Source of the DNA: Auanema rhodensis
Taxonomy: Eukaryota; Animalia; Nematoda
Length of the DNA: 64,000 nucleotides
Direction of reading: 5' to 3'
Assembly: GCA_964057225.1 (NCBI GenBank)
Contig: OZ059899.1
Span: 12,028,001 to 12,092,000 of the forward strand
The notes below the pieces were generated by a model. It saw nothing but the letters and a program-made list of their open reading frames with translations. It had not been told where the DNA came from and did not search any database. Both the position numbers and the translations under genes were made by a program. Shown piece after piece: positions 51,701 to 63,700 of this stretch (positions are counted from its first letter, which is position 1; every line of letters begins with the position of its first letter).

Positions 51701-54700
51701 GGTTGGGCAAGAGCGTTAGCTTGATCATCGATTTCAGCCAATTGCTTTTGAGCAGCCTTTACAGCTTCGTTGTGTTTCTTCTTAGCTTCCTCAGCATCAT
51801 CAAGCTTCTTGCGGAGCTCGTTTTGCTGATCTTCTGGAAGTTGGGCAAGGCTTCGGCGAAGTTCTTCAATCTGGTCTTCGGATAATTCTTCAATTGGCTT
51901 CTGTTGCAAGTCATTAACCTTGATGGTAATAAGTTGAATAACTTCTTTTTCGGCAGTCTTTTTGGCCAAATCATCGGAAGTCTTATCAGACAACTGCTTC
52001 AAGTTGTTTTCGAGGTTGTCAGCCTTCTGGCGATCAGAAGCTGGAAGTGGAGCATCAGAAAGAGCAGCCAATTTTTCTATCAAATCCTTGATCTTATCAA
52101 GCTTAGCTTGTAGAGCCTCAGCATTTTCATCTTCAGCCTTATCAGCAGCCTTCTTTCCTTTACCCTTCTTACTCTTCTTTGCTGGAGCAGCAGGTTGGGC
52201 AAGAGCGTTGGCTTGATCATCGATTTCAGCCAATTGCTTTTGAGCAGCCTTTACAGCTTGGTCGTGTTTCTTCTTAGCTTCCTTAGCATCATCAAGCTTC
52301 TTGCGGAGTTCATTCTGTCTAGATTCTGGCAGTTCTTCAATAAGTTTCTCAAGCTCATCGAATTGATTCTGTGGTATATCTTGAATTTGAATCTGTTCCT
52401 TTACTTTCTGTATATTATTTAGTACATCTTCCATATCTCTTAAGTGAATGATTTCCTGTACGCTCTGTTGAATATCGTCAGCTGCATTCTGGATATTGGT
52501 AAATCGTTCTTGAAGATCTTTCGGAATTTGATCTTCATTTGCATATAATTTCAAATCATTAATGTTTGATTTGATTTCTTCCAATTTTTGCTGAGCTGGT
52601 TCAACATTCTTCTGAGGTGATTCATTAATAGTTTTCTTCAGATCATCCAACTTCTTCTCAACGGAATCACATGTATTATCAACAAATTCAATATTATCAA
52701 TCTTATCTTGGATGGAGGCTTGCACGGACTTCAACTCTTCTTCAGCATTAGATGCATTGGCAATGGAATCTGTATGAACATCATCAGATTCTGCAGGATC
52801 CATGCTGTCAATAACATCTTTAACATTGAGCATAATACTATTGGCTTCATTCAAAGAGTTGAGAGTATTTTTCAATTCTTCCTTAGATTCAACAAGCTTG
52901 TTATCAACTTCTGATGCTTTAGCCACTGCTTCTTCCACAGCATGTAACAGTTCTTGAACTTTTACTCCTTTTTCTTCATTAATACCGGCAAGTAAAGCAA
53001 CAGTATCGTCATTAAGCTTGTCATCTATAGCATAGTACACTCCCTCAAGGCATTGCTCCACTTCAGATAAGCTGTCAATGCAATCAATATCATTCAATAC
53101 AGATACTAAATCTTTCAAATGATAGATTTCCTCTCGTTGCTCATCTAACGTATTCTTAGCTTGTTCTAGTTTTTCTTCTGTTGCATCAGGGTTCTCGCAC
53201 ACTACACTGATATCATCAATAACTGATCTTACATTTTGAATTCGTGCCATAATATCATCAGTGTCTAATATTTCAGCATCCATTTCTTCAGCATCACCAA
53301 ATTGACTAGTTGTCTGTTCAGGTACTTTCGCCGAAGATTCAAGCACATCCGCATTGGATTGACTTTGAATTTCACTATCCAATGCTTCTGATTTCTTTAA
53401 TAATGATTGTAAGTGTTCAATGGCCTCATCCTGTTCTTTCAACAGGTCACTCTCAGTGTAAGTATTTTGATCTGCTACTTCAGTCGATGATGGCATTGCA
53501 TCAAATCTGTCATCCAAGGCGGCTTGAACGCCGTTGTGCTCCTCGATAAGGTTGTAGACGTTTTCAAGGAGATGGTTGTTTTCAGGATGTTGCTGTACTT
53601 CAGCTTCAACCTGATCTCTGAGATTGTTCAACTGGCTTTCAGCCAACTTCAGAAGATCGGCCGCATTAGAAAGATCTGCAGGTGTGGTTGTAGGATCACA
53701 CTCAATCTCACTAGCTTGTCCAATCTTTTCTCGGATTTCAGCCATTTGAACTTCGGCAGGTCCATGTTCAGCACCCTAGAATATGAAATATAAAAATTTA
53801 AACGAAAGAGTAATTACCTGAAGCTTATCAGACTGGGCTTCTTCGGGATTCAATCTGTCATCCAAGGCGGCTTGAACGCCGTTGTGCTCCTCGATAAGGT
53901 TGTAGACGTTTTCAAGGAGATGGTTGTTTTCAGGATGTTGCTGTACTTCAGCTTCAACCTGATCTCTGAGATTGTTCAACTGGCTTTCAGCCAACTTCAG
54001 AAGATCGGCCGCATTAGAAAGATCAGCAGGTGTGGTTGTAGGATCACACTCAATCTCACTAGCTTGTCCAATCTTTTCTCGGATTTCAGCCATTTGAACT
54101 TCGGCAGGTCCATGTTCAGCACCCTAGAATATGAAATATAAAAATTTAAACGAAAGAGTAATTACCTGAAGCTTATCAGACTGGGCTTCTTCGGGATTCA
54201 ATCTGTCATCCAAGGCGGCTTGAACGCCGTTGTGCTCCTCGATAAGGTTGTAGACGTTTTCAAGGAGATGGTTGTTTTCAGGATGTTGCTGTACTTCAGC
54301 TTCAACCTGATCTCTGAGATTGTTCAACTGGCTTTCAGCCAACTTCAGAAGATCGGCCGCATTAGAAAGATCAGCAGGTGTGGTTGTAGGATCACACTCA
54401 ATCTCACTAGCTTGTCCAATCTTTTCTCGGATTTCAGCCATTTGAACTTCGGCAGGTCCATGTTCAGCACCCTAGAATATGAAATATAAAAATTTAAACG
54501 AAAGAGTAATTACCTGAAGCTTATCAGACTGGGCTTCTTCGGGATTCAATCTGTCATCCAAGGCGGCTTGAACGCCGTTGTGCTCCTCGATAAGGTTGTA
54601 GACGTTTTCAAGGAGATGGTTGTTTTCAGGATGTTGCTGTACTTCAGCTTCAACCTGATCTCTGAGATTGTTCAACTGGCTTTCAGCCAATTTCAGAAGA

Positions 54701-57700
54701 TCGGCCGCATTAGAAAGATCTGCAGGTGTGGTTGTAGGATCACACTCAATCTCACTAGCTTGTCCAATCTTTTCTCGGATTTGAGCTGCTGTGTTATCCA
54801 CATCGTCAGTTGAAACCTATAACAAGTATTCAAATCTACATATATAATAAGCAAATATATACCGTTGTTTGTCCATCTTCTTCGGAAGAATTGTCGAGCA
54901 ATTTCAAATTATGCTAAAAAACAAACAGATGATATATAGGATACATTCAAATATTATAATTACTTTGACATGTCTAAGTTTTTCCTGAATAGATGGTGGC
55001 TGAGCAGAAGATTCAATAGTAAGAATACGTTCTTCTACTACTTGAATGATTGTAGTAACTGTATTAGTTACCATAACCAACACCTTCTTTCTTCTCTTAT
55101 ACTTTCCAGCCGGTGAACTTTCACGACTAGATGAGTCAATGAATTCGCATTCAACATATTGTCTTGGTTGATTCGAAATAACCTAAAATAATTTTCAAAT
55201 TAAGTGAAATTCATAAAGTTATTGAAATTCCTACCTTCAACATATCCATTTGCATTTCCAGATGATCTAACTCAGTAGCAAAATCTATATCATGTACATC
55301 TCGGTTCCTAACTCTATTTTCTAGTTCAGACAGTTCGCCCATGATCTCAGTCTGCTTTGCAGACAACCCTTTCTCTTCCTCAATTTCTTTCTTTAATTTC
55401 TGTGAAAAATCTTGAGTTTGCTGTTTCAAATGGAATAAGCGATGTTTCACTGTTTCATTTGAAGCTTCACCATCTCCTTTGAGGAGAACCGATAAAGCAT
55501 TGTTAACTTCTTTCTCAATCTCCTGAAAATAGAATGAAAACTTTGAGAATATTTCCAGTTCACTAACTTGGAGATGTGAATAATCATTTTCAACTTCAGC
55601 AAGAGGTTTGGGTCCAAAACTGTATGATTCGATAATATTTCTTAAAGCCTTTGATACACGTTTTCGAATAATATCTTGTGGATGAGTTGGCTCATCACTA
55701 CTCGATGTTACAGACATAACAGATTCCGGCCTCTCATTTTCCGATGAAGCAATTGAGCTAATAGAAATCTAAAAAAAACAAGGATATGTGTACATAAAGA
55801 ATGAAAACTCTATGATACCTGTGACTGTGAGAATCCTTGCACAGCTGATGGAATATGTAATGGAACCTCTTCAGTTTCAGGTAAATCATAAGCACGGAGT
55901 TTATTTACTAATAAGTAATATCTCTGAGTCAAATGATTGATATGATCGCTGTTCTGGATACTTATGCGTTCCAACTTGTTAACTAGTCTTTGATAGCTTA
56001 GGCAGACTCGGTATAGTTGAGTTAGCTTTGTGATTCGTTCTGATTCTGATGGAATCTGTTCAACAGTTCCTATATCTCTTTCCATCGTGTCTAGCCATGT
56101 CTCAAACAAGGCAATTTTTTGAGATAATTTTTCACTTTGCGTCTTGAGCTTGAGTGATTGACTCAAATGTTGAGCAATTCTGCTATCTAATGAAACCGAT
56201 TTGCGTTTCAAATCAGTAAATTCAGGGCGGAATTTCTGACGATATTTCAATCCAACGGTTTTTTCTAACTCAGCTACATCTTTTTTCCATTTCGTCCATA
56301 GGGAATCAACAACAATACGTATATTATCCGTTTTATTTGTTTGAATCATCGTTCCAATATCATCCTCATATTCATGGAATTTTCCATTAAAATGATCTAA
56401 GCTTGTCAGAATCAGTTTCTTCACTTCCCGTTGTCTAGCTTCATCATGCTTTGCATAGCTGTCCTGTAGCTGTGCGAAAGCTAACTTATCATTATCATTC
56501 ATCTGTATTTCCTTTAATTCATCAATAAGTTTTTCTTCAGTTTCTTCTAGCTCCTTCAGTTGTAGGATAATAGCTAGGCAATCGTTGACATCTTGCGTAA
56601 CTGGTAGTTTCTTCCTGAGTTGTTCTTCTAGTTTCTGTGCAAGCAATTCAAACGACGGCTCAGCCTCCTAAAGTAAATTTGTCAGATAGGATTACTAATA
56701 CTCTAATCACCTCGCCGAGCTGTCGCTTTCTGAAAGTTCTGATGATTACACCGGAGGAGAAGTCAGAAATTGTGATCTCAGCTTGTTCACTTAAATCACG
56801 GAGACATCTAGCTTTTTCCTCTAATCGAGTACAGATATCGGTAACCTAAGAAGAATTTCATATATATCAGTCACATTATACAAATAGTTTACCAATCCAT
56901 GCCTATCTGTAGCCTGTTCGCTGGAGGTAGCATGTTGACTAACATCAAGAGAGGAGTCGGTAGATTGAATAAAGTCGGTAACACGAGTGAGATATTCTTG
57001 TCGTCGCAGCATCAACTCATGCAGTTTATTCAATTCTACTACAAGCATATTAAGCCTAAAATAACAAATTTATAACTGTAATGCATCAGAACCTATTACT
57101 TTTCGTTAACACGGTCAAATTCCAGTTGAAAGAAGCTGCCCTGAATGGCTACAACTTCATTTCTTAATCTTTCTGCGTCATTTTTCCATTCGCCAGCACA
57201 TCGCTCGATCAGCACCTCGAGCTCTGAACTTACAGAAGGGATCTAAAACAAATATAAAATTAGATTTCGTGAAAGTACTTCATTCATTCAAATTTTTTTC
57301 TCTCTCTCTTTCAATTGTACTTGTTCGGATATGTTCATGGCTATCATACGTTATCATCTAAGTAATCAATCAATCAGCGAAATGATTGATGAGCCTTAGC
57401 ATATTAACGGAAGATTGGCTGACAATGTATATCTAAGATCATTTGCGAAAATAGGCATTTCTTATACAAACGCAATGAAAATTAATGAGAAACATCGCAT
57501 AGTATAGCCAGTACAATGATACTGACCATACAGTTATAGAATTTTGTATGTTTTACAGTGTATTCTTGTGAGATAAAAGTTCAAATGCTCATCTAAACAA
57601 GATATAAAACCATACATAACTTCCGACTATCCGGTTAGCAATGGCTAATGAACTTTTTGATTTTCAAACGACATGTGTAAATAGTTGATTTGATGAGACA

Positions 57701-60700
57701 TTTTGAGTAAGTGCTCATGCACTGCTAACACTTGTCTGCTAATTATCGGATCTTAGAAAGAAACGAACATGATCACGACAACATAGTAATGTGTTGTCAA
57801 CTATCAACGATGTTTAATGTTTTTGTGGACCGTGACAAGAGAAAGAGAGAAAGAGAGAGAGAGAGAGACCCAAGAAAGGGATGACCTTGCATGCAAACAA
57901 GACAGGAAAGACAAAATAAATGGATTAATCAATATAAAAAGGTAAAATCAGTGGTCGACGAGAATAATTGAAAAGGTCGAACAGCCGAATATGGAAGAAG
58001 ATATGCATATGAAGTTCTCCATATTGTACCTCTGATTAGATCATCAAAAACAAGTGGAAATTGAAGATAAGAAAGCAATTCTACGAAATTTTAAAACTGA
58101 TTGATGTGATTTTTGAGAGAAACAAGAAATTGATGAGATGATGATGAGATATTACACTGTAATAATAATTTGCAAATGAAGCTTACCTGTGCAAGTGCAA
58201 TCGTGTTCCATTGACTGTTTTGACTGCGTAATGAACGCACAGCGTCATAAAAATTCTGAAGACGCTTGAACAGCTCCATTTTGCCGTTGAGCGTCTGTCG
58301 TGTGAGTTCGTATCGATCGTTAAGTTGGTTACAATAAAGCACCAACTCCTCTCCTACCTCCTGAAAAAAACAAATCAAACACTAAAGCAAGTAGAAACAC
58401 AAAGATAAATTGAATAAACGCTGTTCAGATGATGATGATGATGATGATGAGGAGGAGAAAATGTGATCTAGTTTTTTGAGCATGATGAAGATTAAACAGA
58501 GCGACGATTCAAATATCTGTTAGATGAAAAGAACTTTCAATCGGATGAGGTTGAAGAGTAATGTGGATAAAATGCGCGAAGTTATGAAATAGATCATTTT
58601 GAAATCGTTAAAAAAAGAAGTTGTGAACTAAGATTTAAGACAAAGGCATCTGTCAGGCAGTATTTTCAGTGAAATCATCAGCAGAAACAGTGAGGATTTG
58701 AGGAAAAGAGATATGTTCAACAAAGTCAGTGTTTATTGTCTAAAGCGACAAGAATCACAAAGCGCAAGAAAATGAGAGAAAAGTGAAGAAAGAATACAAG
58801 AAATTCCAGGATTGACTATAGCAAGCACTTGAAAGGCTCCAACCATTACATAAAAAGAAAATGAATTGCAACTTGTTTTAACTGTGTCATCACACAATAC
58901 AATAAAGAAGGTGAAGGTAACAAAATGAAAACAGAGAAAACAGTACAACTACTAGCTGTTTCTATTAGTTTTGAAATGATATATGCTGTAGAACATATGA
59001 AGCTGATAAGCTGTGATAAGAACGATGAGCAACCAAAAAATTGTAGTACAGAGTTACTTCTGCGAATCATAAAATATAAATAAATAGCAAAACGGAGCTA
59101 TCAGAGGAACGTGAGCGCAATCAATTCCAATAGTTCGTTTATATGTGTGTGTGTGTATGAGTGTAATAGACTTCATAATCACTCATTAAGTATTGTGAAG
59201 ATTTATATATGAATATAAGAATAGAGATTTGAGGAATATATTGAACAAATAGAATGTACGATGAACAGAAATGTTATAATAGAATAAGTAGGAATATATA
59301 TGTTTTTCTTATAGAAACATCTTAAATGATTTAACTTTCTTTTTCACGTGTTAATCTCGGAAAAAGCTTCGATTCATCAGAAATAATGTAGTATTAGACT
59401 ATTAGCAACACAGCAGCAGTTTGACGACCGTGAAAACAAGGTAGAAAACGATAGACTAATTGAAACGACTAAAGGTGAGTAGAATGACGACGTCCGCAAG
59501 AAAAGAAAGAAATGTAGAGAGAAAGGGAGGAGAGATAAAGATTGCTAAAGAGAAATAAGAGATGAAGACGAACAGAGGAGAGCGACGAAATGAGCTGGCA
59601 AGCCGGTTGACGACGCCTGCCCCCTCCCCCACGAGTTCCCCCCCCCTTGTCCAGGCGCACATTTATTCACATACATTGGCAACGTTTGTATCACAGTGTA
59701 ATAAAAACGCCACCCCAGGTGAATTGAGTTTTGATAGGAAATTGTAACCGAAAGATTCTTCTTAAAGTAATTTGGCTTCAGTCTTTTTGAAGATAATTTG
59801 AAATTACTAAAAGGCTGGAAAAGTTTGAACATATGTTCATCTCCCAGTGAAACAAGACAACGCGCCACAGATATACTAGGATAAAAGAAGAAGAAAGAGA
59901 GGAAGAAGAAACCGAAAAGAAATAGTGAGAGTAAGATAGAAAGGACAAGATCGAAAGAGAGGATATTAGATAGAATATACGAAGTTAGACAACCGTTCTC
60001 GCCGTCTGCCTGACAAGAAATAAGATCAGTAAAGAAGACCGATGAGGTCACGTAAGATGATCAGATCAGAAATGGCAATAGGTGTATAGGATGCAATTGA
60101 AAAATCACATAAAGTTTAAAATGTCTTAAACTCACTTCGATTAACTCGTGTGCAACGGCACAGTCCTCTTCACCAGTCATACGAATGCCATCTAAACGTT
60201 CTTCCAATAGTACTACCAATCGTTTCCGTATTTCATCTAAAGCCAATCGTAGCGGTATAGCTAGTCCAGTATGGCTCCATGATTCAGATGTTTTTTCCAT
60301 ATGTCTTAGTTCGCGTAATGTTTCGGAATCAACGAAATGTGTTCTTTCTACAGCTGGCATGATTTGCATTAAGCGCATCATCATATGCTCCCATTCTTGG
60401 AACTCGATCTTCTTAAGTTGCCAAATTCGTCTGATTTCTTCTAATCTGCGACTATTCCATCCTGTTACGATCTCTTCACACTCTTTCATGTCATGACAAG
60501 ATTGTCGTACATCATCTTCAGTCTCTTCGCATCTTCTAATGATTTCTTTCATTTTTGAAATAACTTGCTTAACATATTCCTGAAAACAATCATCAATTAG
60601 AAAAAAGGAACAACAATTGATTAATTACTTTATCCGCAGGTGGTACAACACTGCTGACATAACTTGAAGAGCTGGGAGCACCGTTATTCAGACGAGAATA

Positions 60701-63700
60701 GCATCTCTCAATATTGAATATATATTGACGACAGTCAATATAATTAGATTCGTCACCAGCTTCCAATCTTTCCACCATTTTTTTCAATTGATCCAAAATA
60801 TCGCTAGCTTTGCTACGTTCCTGAATTCAAAATAAAATAACTGTAACTGATTGATAAAAGCTTACATATTCATCAGTACTATCAAGCCAAGGTTCCACTT
60901 GTTCAATATATTGTTCGATTGCGACTAATCGTGGTCGAACTGACTTCAGAACTGTTAGCCGTTTATTACTTTGCATTCTTCCAATATTTTCTTGTAGCTC
61001 ATTTGGACCAGCTGCAGGTCTAGCCCGCATTACCATCTAATTATAAATATTTGTTTATATCATATAAGTTTCTTAATAAAACCTCAAGTTTAAGTATTTC
61101 TTCGTCTAATTCAGCAACATTCCTTAACTTAGGTATTTCTACTGTTTGTGAAGTTGACGGATGTATGTCTACTACCAGTCGGGCACCAACAGATAACTGA
61201 AATCATTGTTTATATGTTTCATCAATAAAGCTCATTAAGTTGTGTTCAATAATCACATTATCAATTAGTTTTTCAAAATAAAATCCTATGATCAAATTAA
61301 AAAATTTCCAAACTTTTCTCCTTATACGTATAATCAATTTCATTTTTATATATTCAAGTTCATAAACTACTTTTCAGTTATATGATTATTACCAGCAATT
61401 TCTCCGGTATTTCTTTCATACACCTGCAGCTGCCAAGTTTTTCGTAAACGACACAATTTCAATGCTTTACAACTGTTCTCCTAGATCAAATTTCGAAAAT
61501 TTTAGCCAAACTTCATGATTATATAATATTATTTTTCTTTTTCAGTAATTATGATATCCACAAACTTTGGCACATTAACATTATTATCAATTACTCATTA
61601 CAAAATAACAAAATAATATATAATATGTATATCTTGTTTGGTTACTATTTTCGTCATTTGTTTTCTAGGGAATTTTCAGCGTCGTAAAAACGTTTTCACT
61701 TTTTTTTTCAATGGTGATGATAGGTAGGTAGGCTGGTAGCCTTCGTCAACACTGAATGAAACAAGAAAAACACGACTACCACAAGAGAGAATATGTAGCT
61801 CACCCAATATTAACACTAGCTGATCCCCCTTTTTTTCCCAAATCTACCATAGATAACTAGTAATTTCTATTTTAAAAAAATTGTATGTGAAAATGAGTGA
61901 AAAGCGGTACTTTGGAGGTGAAAGAGATGGCTAGAAGAGTTCGAGAACGTTCTTTTTATTTATATTATCAACTATATCTATAGGTTAATGTATTTAAAGA
62001 GCATGTTGTTTGATGATCAAAAATTTTTATGTCAAATATGTCAATGAAGAACTGAATTTAACATTTAAACTTTCTAGGAGCTATAAACGTATGTGCTAAA
62101 AAAGCTACTGATGAGAACAGGTTCTATAGCTACTATGTACTACTGTTTCTCTTGACTATATTCATAGTAAACATTATATATAATATATTTTTCATTATAT
62201 TGCAAATAAAGAGAACTAATATTTCAAAATATAGTAGGGTTTTACGCATATAATATAATTATTTGTATGTAGATATTAAAATTATTATTTTTATAATATC
62301 TCATTCGTTTACAAGATTGTCTTATAACCTTTCTGTCTTTCGTTTTTCAACAGAATGAACTATCTATTTCAAATGTCAGCTGAAAAGCATGAGTCAGCTC
62401 GGTAGCATTGAGTGATTTCAAACAATGTTGAAAAAACGATGCGAAATGGCTAGTTCAACGTCAACAAGACAGACAAGCTTTGGTAAAAAACGAACGTTTG
62501 AATCTAAATGCTATTCGCTGTTCTAGGATCACTTTAAATTATCATCACTTGTACGACAAATGACAAAAACGAACCATCTTGTTCAAATTACGTGAAGAAA
62601 AAAAGTGAACGAGAATGAATGAAATGAAGAAATCATAGATCAAACTAACCCTGCCTAACTGGAGAGCCTTTTTCCGTAGTTTATCCATGCGATGTTGCAT
62701 GGCAATTCGTGCCGATGTAGAAAGCATTGGAGCCAGCCGATCAGCAGTAGCTTCCAAGCTTCTAATATCGGTACCATAATCTATAAATGAAGAATGATTA
62801 TCAACAGATCAGATTGATATTTTCAAATTACCAAGTAAAGTATTTGTGTTTGAATCAAAACCTTCATCTGCAAGCTTTTCTAATCGTACAATTTCATCTT
62901 CCCATTGACACCAAAGTGTTTTCAATGTCAAAAGTTGAGAATGTAAAGCATCAAACTTATTCATGGTTGTTTCTATTCGATTATGACTTGCAAGAATAAG
63001 GTTATCGCCATCTAATTTGGTTTCTGAAACAACAAGCATCATATGTGAACAGTGGAACTCAATCTAAACCTGGAGAAGCGCTAATAGTTTTCTGAAGATG
63101 ATCCACATATTTTTCACACCGGGCTTGTGGATTTTCTGCATGAACTTGCTGATACTCTTTGATCCACCGGGATAATAAAGCAATACTATCAGCACAACTG
63201 TTAAATAAAAAAAATAAATAAATTGAAATATATTCCAAATATAAACCTCCATTGATCCATTTTCTTCTCAATATCTACTAAATATGCCAATAAAATATAA
63301 TGTGATAATAAAATTCTGATTGTAGCGAGGCGAATAGGAGCTTCTTCCGATAGAGTCTTTAATCGTGCTCTTAAAGGTTCAACAAACTCTGGAGCTACTG
63401 GTCTACCGCTGAGACCTCCCTTCTATAAAATAAAAATGAAACATATAAGATTTATAATATATAACAGACCTCTGCGGCAGCTCGTAATTCTTCTCGTTTG
63501 CTGTCCAAAATAACGAAATGACTCTACAATTTATAAGCGATGATATATGAAAGAATTCTCTATGCTTACTGTATGATCAGCTAATAATTTCTGAAGTTGA
63601 GAAACACATTTAGTTGGATCATCTATGGGCAAGTCTAATGGCTGAGTAATGAGTAGCTGGCTGTCGGCTGTCCATTGTGATAGACTAGCAAACGGTTCAG

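Noticed and set aside
13730-52422. Dozens of recurring plus-strand and alternative-frame ORFs (60-200 aa, Ser/Leu-rich)
   Set aside because: Antisense or frame shadows of the E/K/A/D-rich anc-1 codons, repeated only because the unit repeats; some are lost through synonymous SNPs.
13390-53745. A single-exon 13,451-aa protein as given by the ORF track
   Set aside because: The ORF reads through 15 in-frame introns, begins inside an internal exon (acceptor at 53776) and ends inside an intron. It is part of spliced anc-1.
13752-54782. Arrays as CRISPR, satellite DNA or tandem transposons
   Set aside because: No spacers, terminal repeats or transposase/RT motifs; the units are in-frame coding sequence with spliceosomal introns.
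59456-60051. 168-aa hydrophobic ORF resembling a membrane protein
   Set aside because: Arises from low-complexity pyrimidine tracts in an anc-1 intron; no recognisable domain and a non-ATG start.
61393-61479. Internal cassette or poison exon using the upstream TAG acceptor near 61480
   Set aside because: The acceptor is weak and there is no protein similarity; flanking exons join directly in phase 0. The ATG-first-exon reading is simpler.
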